Assembly (NCBI GenBank): GCA_964450895.1 | Contig: CAYVGW010000001.1 | Span: 9,259-73,258, forward strand | Length of the DNA: 64,000 nucleotides | Reading direction: 5' to 3' | From: an uncultured Terracidiphilus sp. | Lineage (GTDB): Bacteria; Acidobacteriota; Terriglobia; Terriglobales; Acidobacteriaceae | Shown here: piece after piece, positions 11,014-20,402 of the stretch | Numbering within the stretch: position 1 is the first letter of the stretch | Layout: the number at the start of each line of letters is the position of its first letter | The notes under the pieces: model-generated | Databases searched by the model: none | Seen by the model: the letters and a program-made list of their open reading frames with translations, nothing else | Told to the model about the DNA's origin: nothing | Translations under genes and position numbers: made by a program

Positions 11014-11186
11014 CCACTCTCCTCCAAACTTGACCATGAATCCATCGTGAGAAAACCGGATTGCGCGGCCATCGAACAGGCTCTCCCGCCCATCCATCAC
11101 TGCGCTCGAGCCGAGCGATCCAGATTTCTTCCGGCGGAGTCCCTTTGGGTTAGAAAACGTATTCTCGTATTCCACCACGAATTGAA

Positions 11187-11206
11187 TTATGTATCCTACA
11201 TTGTAT
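11187..11206. promoter_or_regulatory. Candidate GntR operator upstream of TBDR 1
   Basis: TTATGTATCCTACATTGTAT, 18/20 identical to the site upstream of TBDR 2. Confidence 0.65.
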
Positions 11207-11466
11207 TTTTGGCAACAAGAAAATTTCTCCGTCCCTGCCATGCCCGCTTCCTGCCCGCCCATTTATCTGTTTATCTAATTGATTCTTCATTGGATAGAAA
11301 GCTACAGCGGGACGAAAAAAAGTTGCGAAACAGCGTTCATTCCCGTCCTCGGAAAACCTTTTCTTGACTCCTTGACTGCTTTCACGGCAGAGATTTCGGC
11401 AAATTCGCGCCACTATGCCTTTGCTCTGGCCGTCATTCAGCCCAAATCATAGGCTCTGATTCCCGC

Positions 11467-11506
11467 AAAAAGACTGCCGCGTTCCCGGAATGCGGGCACG
11501 CGGCAG
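11467..11506 (-). terminator. Probable terminator after TBDR 2
   Basis: Stem CTGCCGCGT/ACGCGGCAG with A-run on + strand; same stem sequence as 7058-7087. Confidence 0.65.
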
Positions 11507-11604
11507 AGGCGGGTGAAGCTATTTTTGTGGTTTCAGCAGGCTTGCCTCCCACCCTGGCCGCATGAACAAGAACGGGCGAGGGTGGGGGATCCAAACGGGT
11601 TTGG

Positions 11605-14600
11605 TTAGAACTCGATCTTGAGGCGGGCCTGGATTTGGCGCGCCGCGTTCGAGGGTCCACCGGCAGTGCCGAAGCCGGCATCCTGTACGCCACCATCCAT
11701 AAAACCGTTGCCGTTGCCAAAGACCGGGTGATTCCATACGTTCAGGAACTCGCCTTGGAAGATCGTCTTGACATCGCGCCAGACGGGAAAGCTCTTGGAG
11801 ATGGAGACATCGTGGTAGAAGCCATGCGGCCCGTAGAGGAACAACGGCGACTGCAAGGCGCCCGCAGCGGTGTTGGGCTTGATGTAGGTAGTGTTGGCCC
11901 CGCCCGTGGCTGCTGAAGCCAGATACTTCGAATCCAGCATCGTCACGTAGTTGGGCACGCCGTTCGCGTAGTTGGCGGCCTGGGTCGCGGCCGGCAGGCG
12001 ATGCATGTGGACGGCCTTCTGCAACTGGGCGCGGGTTACGCCGCTCAACACAACGCCGCTGTCGGCATAGTCGTTAAAGGTCTGAAAGCCGCTGCTGAGA
12101 TGCTGCGGCATGCCGGTCTGCCAGGTGATGATGTTGCCGATGGTCCAGTTTCCGGCCAAACGGCTGGCCAGGTTATTGGAACTCAGCCATTGCTTGCCCT
12201 TGCCGAAGGGCAAGTCGTAGGTGCCGTTGACGTGGATCACCTGGCGAATGTCGTATTCTGCCGGCATGTTGTTGATGCGCTTCAGGCTTTTGCGCAACGT
12301 GAGCATGGAAGCGCCGCCGGTCCAGTTTTCCTGCGAAGACATTCCGAGCGTATGGCTCCAGGCATAGTTGGCGTTCAACTGCAAGCCCTTCCAGCTCTGC
12401 TGACGGAACTCGACCTGCAAGGAGTCATAGTTGGAGTAGCCGGCGGCGGTCAGGTAGCCCGTGCCGTAGTTGTTGGCGGCATAGGGATTGGCCTGCCAGA
12501 AGTTGATGGCCTGCGTCCCCCCCCCAGTGATGCCCAGGTTGTTGGCGCAAGGGGTGAAGTTGCCGCCGATCAGGTTGCAGAGGTAAGGCGCCGCGCCGTT
12601 CGTCGTACTCAACACGTTGGCCAGCGCGCCGGCTTCGCCATTCTGCAGGAAGGTAATGAATTGCGAGTTGGTAAAATCTTGCAGGCCGACCCCAGGACCG
12701 CCATCGGCCTCGCCCTGGAAGGACTGCGTCATGATGGGCAAACTGTTCGGCCCTTGGCCAAAGTTGCAAGCAGGATAGCCGGGTTGGCCGCAATTGGGAT
12801 TCGCCGTTACGTAGGCCGCTAGGTTGGCCTGCGCGTTCTTGAACTCGGTCAGGAAGCCATTCTCGAAGATGTTCACTTCGTTGGGGTTTTCCGACACCCA
12901 CTGATGCACCGAGTGATTGCCGTTGTAGCGCACTTCAATGGCGCGGCTGGAACCCAATTGGCGTTGAATTCCCACGTTCCATGTCTCGACGTAGGGCTGG
13001 GGAATCTTGGGGTCCATGCCGGTGAACGGGAAACCCCCAAACGCCAAAGCCGAGGCATTTTCCGAGGCAACGTAGCTGGCCGGACTGACGCCGACGGTCG
13101 GTATCGCATCGCCCAGAGCCAGGCTGCCCGCCGTAAAGTATCCGGTTGAAGTGGAGGTCGAGGGATAGAGCCAGAAGTTCTGGAAGTAGAACTGGCCGTA
13201 ATCCGAGGCGTAATCCCAGATGAACTGCTGCGGCTCGGTGAACTTCTTCAGGCTGAAGCCGCCGCGCAACACGGTGCTGTGCCCCCCCAAGAATTTGGCG
13301 AAGGGACCGGAGGTCACATCGGGATTCCAGGCAAAGCCGATCTGCGGCTGGGGTGAGCGATGCCAGGGCTGGTAGGCGTGGGTAGTGACGGCGATGGTGG
13401 GATCGGCGATACCCTTCAAGGAACCGGGATCAAAGAGATCGCCGACCGCCGTCGGGCCAAAGACGCCGGCGCTGCCCCAGGCATGATAAGCGCCGCTGAT
13501 GTCGTGATCGTCGCCGGTATAATCCCAGCGAATGCCGTAGTTGAGGGTCAGAGTGGGCGTGATCCGCCAGGAGTCCGAGGCGTACCAGGACCAGGCGTTG
13601 GCCACCTCATCCAGCGCATAGGAACTATGGCCGGTGTCGTAATTCCCGGTCTTCGGATTGTAGGCATAGAGGCCGGTCACGCTGCTGATGCGGCCGGTCA
13701 GGGTGGCATACAGACTCTCAGCTTCGCCGATCTGGCCTGGGGACGCATTGGGGAAGGCAACGTTGGTAAAGGCGTTCAGCGCCGCATCGCCGTTGACCAG
13801 TCCCAGAGCCTGATAGTCGATGCCCATCGGCGTATTCCAGTAGTGGTCCTGCTCGCGATACCAGGAGAAGCCGAACTTGGCGGTATGATTCTTGCGCTGC
13901 AAGGAAACAGTATCCGAGAGATTGAAGAGCGGATAGTACATCGTGACCGGCAAAAAGTAGGACTGTCCTGAGGTGCCCAGCGCCCAGGAGACCGAGGGCT
14001 GAGTCAGATAGAGCGGCGTGGCAAAGTCGCCGGGGATGAAGTTGTTGTAGAGGAAGCCGCCGCGGAACTGGTTGATCAGCGTCGGAGTCGCCTCCCAATC
14101 AACCAGCACGCCAGTGGTGAAGTTGCGCATGAAGTTCCCCGCCGTTTCATTGGCGAACTTGGGCCCGGGCAACTGCGGAGCGTAAGCAGACGGCTGACGC
14201 ATCTGCGTCATGCTCCAGGAGAGGCCGGCGCGCAGCTTGGGAGAGATGTTGTAATCGAACCGCCCGTCGGGAAAGTAGGTGGTAGAGGGATTGTTGTTGT
14301 TCCAGGCGAGCCCCTGTACGTTGGGATCGGTGGCGTTGTTGGTCACCGTGCCGTAGCTGTTGACAGCGTTGACCAGCGCCAGTTCACTGGCCACGGCTGC
14401 GTTCGGAGTCGTGTTGTAGACCGTCGCGCTCTGCACATAATTGTTGACCAGGTTGTAGAGATTGACGGTGCTGGTTTGCGTAACGCCGTTGTTGTCGGTC
14501 CAAGTATAGCCGAAGTTGCCGGCCTGCGCCGCCGAACTGAGTAGCGTCGCGCCCACAACGGAGCTTCCCGGAACCTTCTGTTCGGAAAAGTTGCCAAAGA

Positions 14601-15546
14601 AGAAAAGCTTGTCGCGCAGGATGGGTCCGCCGACGCTGACCCCGAAGTCGTTCATGATCAACTTGGGCTTGCGAATGGCGCTGGAAACCGCAGTCTTGGC
14701 CGCATCATTGTTCCAGGAGTTGGCATAGAGTCCGCTGTTTCTGAAATCGTCAAAAACGCTTCCATGAAACTTGTTGGTTCCGCTGCGAGTCACGTAATTG
14801 ACCTGCATGGAAGCCTGGCCGTAGCCCTGATCGACATCCATCATGTCGGTCTGAATCGACATCTCCTGCACGTTCTCGATTCGCGCCGTTACCGCGGGCG
14901 CGGCATTGCCGCCATAATACTTGCCACGCGAAGGGCTGCCGATCACTCCGTCGATATTGGCCGAGGTATCCATCTCCACCTGACCATTGAAGTTGCCCAG
15001 CGATAGTCCTTCATTGCCAGTTCCCTGCAATCCGGCAAAGCCCGGCGTCAGGGAGACAAGGCCGGAGAGATCACGGCCTTGCAAGGGCAGATCTTCAATG
15101 TATTTCAGATCAATGACCTCGCCGATCGAGTTGGAACTGGTTTCGATCAAGTTGCTGGCGCTGGCGTCCACCGACACAGTTTCATTTTGCTTGCCGATCT
15201 TCAGGCTCACCAGCAGGCCGGTGGTCTGCGCGGCATGAACCGTGATCTGATCAAGGCTCTCCGTGGCGAAACCCTCTTTGGAGACATTCAGCCGATAGAG
15301 ACCGATGGGCAGGTTGAGAAAGATGAAATCGCCCTTGCCGGTGGTCTTGGCCGAGTGCTTGTCATTCGTCTCCACCTGCACCAGCACCAAGCTGCTGCCC
15401 GGAACCAGGTCGCCATGGGGATCCACTACTGTTACGGAAATCGTTCCTTGGGAGCCGGACTGCGCCCAAACCATTCCGGTTGTCGCTGCAAGCATTAAAA
15501 GCACGAGTACCCAGGCGGGCATGCGGTAACATCTGTGCGTCTTCAT
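11605..15546 (-). CDS. TonB-dependent receptor, Oar-like (paralog of 7120-11013)
   Basis: Signal peptide, TRSGTNKFHGS, GGPILRDKLFFF, DSWRITPTLTLNYGIRWD, RQIQARLKIEF end; start set at MKTHRC after GGAGGAG. Confidence 0.9.
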   Translation of the reverse strand: MKTHRCYRMPAWVLVLLMLAATTGMVWAQSGSQGTISVTVVDPHGDLVPGSSLVLVQVETNDKHSAKTTGKGDFIFLNLPIGLYRLNVSKEGFATESLDQITVHAAQTTGLLVSLKIGKQNETVSVDASASNLIETSSNSIGEVIDLKYIEDLPLQGRDLSGLVSLTPGFAGLQGTGNEGLSLGNFNGQVEMDTSANIDGVIGSPSRGKYYGGNAAPAVTARIENVQEMSIQTDMMDVDQGYGQASMQVNYVTRSGTNKFHGSVFDDFRNSGLYANSWNNDAAKTAVSSAIRKPKLIMNDFGVSVGGPILRDKLFFFGNFSEQKVPGSSVVGATLLSSAAQAGNFGYTWTDNNGVTQTSTVNLYNLVNNYVQSATVYNTTPNAAVASELALVNAVNSYGTVTNNATDPNVQGLAWNNNNPSTTYFPDGRFDYNISPKLRAGLSWSMTQMRQPSAYAPQLPGPKFANETAGNFMRNFTTGVLVDWEATPTLINQFRGGFLYNNFIPGDFATPLYLTQPSVSWALGTSGQSYFLPVTMYYPLFNLSDTVSLQRKNHTAKFGFSWYREQDHYWNTPMGIDYQALGLVNGDAALNAFTNVAFPNASPGQIGEAESLYATLTGRISSVTGLYAYNPKTGNYDTGHSSYALDEVANAWSWYASDSWRITPTLTLNYGIRWDYTGDDHDISGAYHAWGSAGVFGPTAVGDLFDPGSLKGIADPTIAVTTHAYQPWHRSPQPQIGFAWNPDVTSGPFAKFLGGHSTVLRGGFSLKKFTEPQQFIWDYASDYGQFYFQNFWLYPSTSTSTGYFTAGSLALGDAIPTVGVSPASYVASENASALAFGGFPFTGMDPKIPQPYVETWNVGIQRQLGSSRAIEVRYNGNHSVHQWVSENPNEVNIFENGFLTEFKNAQANLAAYVTANPNCGQPGYPACNFGQGPNSLPIMTQSFQGEADGGPGVGLQDFTNSQFITFLQNGEAGALANVLSTTNGAAPYLCNLIGGNFTPCANNLGITGGGTQAINFWQANPYAANNYGTGYLTAAGYSNYDSLQVEFRQQSWKGLQLNANYAWSHTLGMSSQENWTGGASMLTLRKSLKRINNMPAEYDIRQVIHVNGTYDLPFGKGKQWLSSNNLASRLAGNWTIGNIITWQTGMPQHLSSGFQTFNDYADSGVVLSGVTRAQLQKAVHMHRLPAATQAANYANGVPNYVTMLDSKYLASAATGGANTTYIKPNTAAGALQSPLFLYGPHGFYHDVSISKSFPVWRDVKTIFQGEFLNVWNHPVFGNGNGFMDGGVQDAGFGTAGGPSNAARQIQARLKIEF

Positions 15547-15717
15547 TTTTTCTCCTCCACTTCTGGCCTTTACCCGGTAAAAATGATGCAATTTCCTGAA
15601 ATTCTCTTCGCGATACCGCGATCGGCCGCTGGTTGCCCAATCGACGGGAAACGAGCCTGCAGAACTGGCTGTATCCAATTCAGCAGACCGCGCGCTCGTT
15701 TCATGCTCGGAATAAAA

Positions 15718-15737
15718 TTATGTATCCTGAATTGTAT
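15718..15737. promoter_or_regulatory. Candidate GntR operator upstream of TBDR 2
   Basis: TTATGTATCCTGAATTGTAT (TGTAT-N6-TTGTAT). Confidence 0.65.
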
Positions 15738-15940
15738 TTATAGCAAGAGCTATTTTGCATTTTTCTGAAATCTTTTTGACCGCCCGTAGTCGCAGAGCTG
15801 GAAGCCGCCTCACGGAAAAGAGGAATCCGTAGTCGAATCCCCGCTTTTCTTTCTGATTATCTTAAAAACGGCAGTTGAGAAGCCTTCATCCATCTTCAAT
15901 GTCAGATTTGAGAACCGCTGAATCTTGGCGCTTTGGAACC

Positions 15941-16000
15941 AAGGCACGACTTCAGTCGTGCCGTAAAAATCTGATAATAAAGGTCGGGCTTCAGCCCCTG
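15941..16000. repeat. REP-like repeat (family 3)
   Basis: GGCACGACTTCAGTCGTGCC hairpin ... TGATAATAAAGG ... GGGCTTCAGCCCCTG, homologous to about 1143-1202. Confidence 0.75.
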
Positions 16001-16156
16001 CAAACTTCCGCGGTTGAGAAAATTGCTTCTTCGGCTCCCGCTCAAACTCCGGAACTGCTCCGCACCTCGCCAAAAGGTTGAAATCCTCCATCTTTGCAAC
16101 CCATTTGGATCAGTTGGCCTTATCTACCGCCCTTCATCCGCCGTGTTTAGGTTGAT

Positions 16157-18499
16157 TCATTTGTGAACAGGCAACTTCTGCCGATCCTGCTCTTTATTCC
16201 AATCCGGGGTTGGCTCATTCAACAGGTTGCGCACAAAAAAATCCATCAGCTTGCGCTCCCCGTAGCGCCCGCCCGCCCCGTGATCGCCGCCGGGAACGAA
16301 GAGCAGGTCAAAGTCCTTATTGGCCTTGATCAGCCGGTCCACCACCTGCAAAGTGGTAGCCGGGTCCACGTTCTTGTCCATCTCGCCCATCACCAGCATC
16401 AGCTTGCCTTGCAAGCGCCATGCGTTCTCCACATTCGACGACTCGGCGTACCATGGCCCCACCGGCCAGCCCATCCACTGCTCATTCCACCAAATCTTGT
16501 CCATGCGGTTATCGTGGCAGCCGGAGTTCGCCACCGCCGCCTTGTAAAACTCCGGATGAAAGAGCAGCGCTCCCATCGCGTTTTGCCCGCCCGCCGAGGT
16601 GCCAAAGACGCCCACCCGCGTAATGTCGTACCAGGGATACTGCGCCGCGGCCGCCTTGTGCCAGAGAATGCGGTCGGCAAAGCCAGCGTCCTTCAAATTG
16701 CGCCAGGCCACGTCGTGAAAGGCCCGCGAGCGGTTGTTGGTGCCCATGCCGTCGATCTGCACCACCACAAAGCCCAGCGCCGTCAGCGGCTGGATGCGCG
16801 TGGTAAAGCTCTTGGGCACAAACGAACCCTGCGGACCGGCATAAATGTCCTCGACCACCGGATACTTCTTCTTGGGATCAAAGTTCATCGGCCGCTGAAT
16901 CACGCCCCAAATCTGCGTCTTCCCGTCCCGCCCCAGGGCATGAAACGGCTCGGCCGGCTGCCAGCCCGCGGCCTTCAGCGGCGCATCGTCGGCCGCTTCC
17001 AGCGCCAGCGCCAGACTGCCATCGGCCTTGCGCAGCTCCATCACCGGCGCCAAATCCAGCCGCGAATAGGTGTCCACAAAATACTTTCCGTCCGGCGAAT
17101 AGCTGGCCATATGATCGGCCTTGAGCGGCGTCAGCGCCGTCAATCCCGTGCCGTCGAAGCCAATCCTGTAGCTGTGAACGTAATAGGGATCTTCGTCCGG
17201 ATTCATGCCGCTGGCTTCAAAGTAGAGCTGCCGGTTGGCCTCATCCACATAATCCACGGCCCGCACCACCCACTCGCCCTTGGTAATCTGCCGCAGCAGA
17301 GCGCCCGTGTGCCCGTCAAAAAGATACAGATGCTCCCAGCCGTCGCGCTCCGAGGCCCACAGAATCTCCTTGCCGTCAGCCAAATCCTTGCGAAAGTACT
17401 TGCCGTGGTCGTACTGTTCGCGCGTCAGCGGCTCGTAATTGATGAAGGTCGCACTCGCCTCCGAAAGCAACGAGCGCGCCTTGCCGCTGGCCGCGTCCAC
17501 TTCGATCAGCCGATAGATCTGGTGGCCGCGCTGGTTGTACTCGAAGGTGACGCCGCGCCCATCCTTCCACCAGGCAAAGGGCGTCAGTTCATACGGGTTG
17601 GGAAAGAGGGCGTTGTCGATGGGCAGTTCGCGGCGGGCAGCCACATCGAAGAGTGCCGGCTGAAAGAGCGGGAGCAGGTCGCCGGCTTTGGGATAGACCA
17701 TCATCGAGTGCTTGGGCTGAAGCTGGTCGGCGGGCGAGGACTCGATGTAATGCACCTCGCGCTTGTAGCCAGGCCGGATGCGGTAGGCGGCCAGATGCTT
17801 CGAGTCCGGGCTCCAGGCCAGCAGATCGACGGCGTAGTAATCGCCCTCCGAGCCGTCCTGGCTCAAGAGTACCGTCTGCTTCTCCGCTTCCTCGGTCTTG
17901 GCGTGAGCCGGACGCACGGCCACATTGTAGTTCTCGACAAAGGCCAGCCAGTTGCCGTCCGGCGAAAGAGCGGCGTGCGCCGGGCCATTGATTGCGCGGG
18001 GCGTGGAATCGTAGCCGCCGTCGTCCGGGGCAGGCTCTTCGCCCGCCGCCGCGGGCAGTTTGGCGCAGGCGTAGGCCGCCAGATCGCAGCGCCAGCGGTC
18101 GTTTTCGCGCTCGAAGACAAAGGCCTTCCCGCCGGTCTCCATGTGGAAGTGTTCGAAGGGCAGCGCCTCCGCCTTCACCGGCTCACCCAGCGCTTTGGTC
18201 AACGCTTCGGCCAGACGCGCAGAATCGAAGGCCGGCTGGCGGCTCTGCTTCTCCGCATCCACCAGCACAAACTCATGGCCGCCGGGGATCGTGCGGCGAT
18301 AGACGAATTGGTCGCTCCCCTCGATCCACTCGACGCCATCCGGCAAGTGGTTGACCAAGCCTTTGTACTTCTCCCGCAGGTTCAGCGCCTGTTCGTAATC
18401 GGCCGGACCAAGCTGCGCGCTCAGCACAGCGGAGGACAGCACAATCGTCAGCAGAGCAAACACAGTGCGCCGGAGCAGCACATTGGTCAATGGATGCAT
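16157..18499 (-). CDS. S9 family (DPP-IV-like) secreted peptidase
   Basis: Signal peptide, beta-propeller region, IYAGPQG, GTSAGG nucleophile elbow, DKNVD (Asp), GGDHG (His). Confidence 0.92.
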   Translation of the reverse strand: MHPLTNVLLRRTVFALLTIVLSSAVLSAQLGPADYEQALNLREKYKGLVNHLPDGVEWIEGSDQFVYRRTIPGGHEFVLVDAEKQSRQPAFDSARLAEALTKALGEPVKAEALPFEHFHMETGGKAFVFERENDRWRCDLAAYACAKLPAAAGEEPAPDDGGYDSTPRAINGPAHAALSPDGNWLAFVENYNVAVRPAHAKTEEAEKQTVLLSQDGSEGDYYAVDLLAWSPDSKHLAAYRIRPGYKREVHYIESSPADQLQPKHSMMVYPKAGDLLPLFQPALFDVAARRELPIDNALFPNPYELTPFAWWKDGRGVTFEYNQRGHQIYRLIEVDAASGKARSLLSEASATFINYEPLTREQYDHGKYFRKDLADGKEILWASERDGWEHLYLFDGHTGALLRQITKGEWVVRAVDYVDEANRQLYFEASGMNPDEDPYYVHSYRIGFDGTGLTALTPLKADHMASYSPDGKYFVDTYSRLDLAPVMELRKADGSLALALEAADDAPLKAAGWQPAEPFHALGRDGKTQIWGVIQRPMNFDPKKKYPVVEDIYAGPQGSFVPKSFTTRIQPLTALGFVVVQIDGMGTNNRSRAFHDVAWRNLKDAGFADRILWHKAAAAQYPWYDITRVGVFGTSAGGQNAMGALLFHPEFYKAAVANSGCHDNRMDKIWWNEQWMGWPVGPWYAESSNVENAWRLQGKLMLVMGEMDKNVDPATTLQVVDRLIKANKDFDLLFVPGGDHGAGGRYGERKLMDFFVRNLLNEPTPDWNKEQDRQKLPVHK

Positions 18500-18524
18500 T
18501 GAATTCGATTCCTTTCACTGAAAC

Positions 18525-18574
18525 TGTAGCGCCGGTCTCCAGACCGGCTGTAACGCGAACGTCCTCGTCCGCGC
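18525..18574 (+). repeat. GTAG-type REP-like double hairpin (family 1)
   Basis: TGTAGCGCCGGTCTCCAGACCGGCTGTAACGCGAACGTCCTCGTCCGCGC. Confidence 0.8.
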
Positions 18575-18597
18575 TTCTCCCGCGAAGCATGAAACTT

Positions 18598-18644
18598 GGG
18601 TACCCCACCCTCGCCGGGTCTTTGTTTTTGCGGCTAGGATGGGA
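18598..18644 (+). repeat. GGGTGCCCC...TGGGA hairpin repeat (family 2), divergent copy
   Basis: GGGTACCCCACCCT...AGGATGGGA; same ends as 28851 and 60171. Confidence 0.55.
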
Positions 18645-18679
18645 TTCTGATCATCTCTACTGCAATTAGGAGAAATGCT

Positions 18680-19969
18680 CTAACTCTGCCCAACCTCGTT
18701 CGCTACTGCCTCCGCCGCCAGCGTCGAAACCGGCGCCGGGTAGACCGGTGGCCGCCCGCCTGCTTTCTCCCAACCGAAGAGGAACTCCGTCGCGCCTCCG
18801 CAGACCCGCCCCTGGCAAGCTCCCATCCCGCAGCGGGTGTGCAGTTTGGCCTCGCGCGCGGAGCCGCGCCCCTCCAATTCGCCGCGCGTCACGTCCTCGC
18901 AGCGGCAGACGATCGTCTCCGCCTCCGCCAAAGCACGCAGCTCAGGGCGTAGAGCAAAGGCCCGTTCCAGACGCCGCGCAAATCTCTGCATCCGTTGAGC
19001 TTGCGGCATCATGGCCAGGGCTTCGATCTTGCGTCCAGCAGCCGCCCAGCCGGCGATCTGCCCTTCCACCAGCGCTTTGTCCAAGCCGCCAATCCCCGTC
19101 AGTTCGCCCACGCAGGCCACATTCCGCACGGAAGTTTGCTGCTCGCTGTCCACGGCTACGAAACCATGCTCGATCCGGCAGCCCAGCAGCCGGGGAAGCT
19201 CCAGGTTGGGCACAAGATTGAATCCGCAGGCCAGCCAATCGCAGGCCAGGGTCCACTGCCTGCGCCCGTCAGTCAGCGTGACCCGCTCGACGCGGCCCTC
19301 GCCTTCAGCCCGCACCACCCAGACACCGGTTCGATAAGGGACGCGCAGGGTCGCGAACCGGTAGCACGCGCCCTCGGCCAATTTGCTGGGTTGGCCCAGC
19401 AGCGTCAGGCCAAAGCCGGCCAGCCGGGCCAGCGGCGCCTGCTCATAGATTCCCTCGATTCGCGCGCCCGCGCCGGCCACTCCCGCCGCCACCGCCAGCA
19501 GCAACGGCCCGCTGCCCGCCACCACCACGCGCTTGCCCTTGGGGTCGAGTCCCCCTTTGACCAGGGCCTGCATACCGCCCGCGCCCATCACTCCCGGCAG
19601 CGTCCAGCCGGGAAAGGGCAGAAAGCGCTCGCGCGCCCCGGTGGCCAGAATCAGGCTGCCGAACTCCACGTCGCGCCCCTCGCCTGCGCGCTCCAGCCGG
19701 AGAAGATTCGGCGCGGGCCGGTCAATCGCCTGCCAGCCCTGATCCACCGTGCAGCCGCTCCGCCGCAAACGGGCCATCCAGTCAAAATAGCCCGTCCCCT
19801 GGGGGTATTTTCGCGCCGTTTCCCTTCGGATTCCTCGCCAAATCTGTCCGCCCGCCGCCGCGCCGCCGTCCAGCAGGCAAACCCGCTTGCCCGCCTCGGC
19901 AGCCACCGTCGCGGCGGCCATTCCGCCCGGACCCGCACCCACCACAACCACGTCGAAGCGGTCGCTCAT
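18680..19969 (-). CDS. FAD-dependent oxidoreductase with C-terminal BFD-like Fe-S (HcnB / D-hydroxyproline dehydrogenase alpha-subunit-like)
   Basis: VVVVGAGPGG, ILATGARERFLPFPGWTLPGV, VCRCEDV, TRCGMGACQGRVC; ATGA overlap with upstream 2Fe-2S gene. Confidence 0.88.
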   Translation of the reverse strand: MSDRFDVVVVGAGPGGMAAATVAAEAGKRVCLLDGGAAAGGQIWRGIRRETARKYPQGTGYFDWMARLRRSGCTVDQGWQAIDRPAPNLLRLERAGEGRDVEFGSLILATGARERFLPFPGWTLPGVMGAGGMQALVKGGLDPKGKRVVVAGSGPLLLAVAAGVAGAGARIEGIYEQAPLARLAGFGLTLLGQPSKLAEGACYRFATLRVPYRTGVWVVRAEGEGRVERVTLTDGRRQWTLACDWLACGFNLVPNLELPRLLGCRIEHGFVAVDSEQQTSVRNVACVGELTGIGGLDKALVEGQIAGWAAAGRKIEALAMMPQAQRMQRFARRLERAFALRPELRALAEAETIVCRCEDVTRGELEGRGSAREAKLHTRCGMGACQGRVCGGATEFLFGWEKAGGRPPVYPAPVSTLAAEAVANEVGQS

Positions 19970-20196
19970 CCTGTCACGACCTCCATCCCCGGCTCGCAGA
20001 TCAATTGGCAGCTTTGGCGGTGCGCAACGCCGTTGACCGTGGCGCGGCACTCCATACAGATGCCCATCCCGCAGAGGGGCGCGCGCGGCTCGCCCCACAC
20101 GGAAAGCCGGGTCGGCTCACCGGCCATCATCACCGCCGCCGCCACAGTTGTGCCCTCGGCCACCGATACTGTCTTGCCATTGACCGTGATGGTCAT
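19966..20196 (-). CDS. 2Fe-2S small subunit (HcnA-like)
   Basis: ITVNG...GTTVAAA...PLCGMGICMECRATVNG...SCQ; GGAGG RBS. Confidence 0.88.
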   Translation of the reverse strand: MTITVNGKTVSVAEGTTVAAAVMMAGEPTRLSVWGEPRAPLCGMGICMECRATVNGVAHRQSCQLICEPGMEVVTG

Positions 20197-20223
20197 TGCC
20201 TTGCCTCCCGCTGCGCATGAAAC

Positions 20224-20272
20224 TGTAGCGCCAGCCTCCTGGCCGGCTGTTACGTGGACCTCCCGATCCACG
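20224..20272 (+). repeat. GTAG-type REP-like double hairpin (family 1)
   Basis: TGTAGCGCCAGCCTCCTGGCCGGCTGTTACGTGGACCTCCCGATCCACG. Confidence 0.8.
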
Positions 20273-20310
20273 TTTGTTTCTATTCAGGAACAGCAAACAG
20301 ATTCTATGAT

Positions 20311-20327
20311 TGCATACAATTTTGTAT
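20311..20327. promoter_or_regulatory. Candidate GntR operator upstream of the 2Fe-2S/FAD/S9 unit
   Basis: TGCAT-ACAATT-TTGTAT, same spacing as the three other sites. Confidence 0.5.
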
Positions 20328-20402
20328 ATCACAGATGACGCAAGAAGAAAAATCTCTCTTGTGGCTTGCAAAATCACCCGTCTGGATCACAAAAGGCCGC
20401 GC

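Noticed and set aside
11014..11262. N-terminal extensions given by the ORF track for the TBDRs (also 15547-15678)
   Set aside because: Downstream ATGs have strong RBS and signal peptides; the extensions run into promoter DNA
16163..18502. 779-aa + strand ORF, and similar long ORFs at 22564-24315, 30376-32118, 40559-42586, 47490-49127, 53028-54947, 60175-62187
   Set aside because: Antisense shadows of well-supported genes in high-GC DNA, with no recognisable motifs
18680..20196. Hydrogen cyanide synthase hcnAB call
   Set aside because: No hcnC partner, and the context (peptidase, KGSA dehydrogenase, GntR) favours amino-acid catabolism
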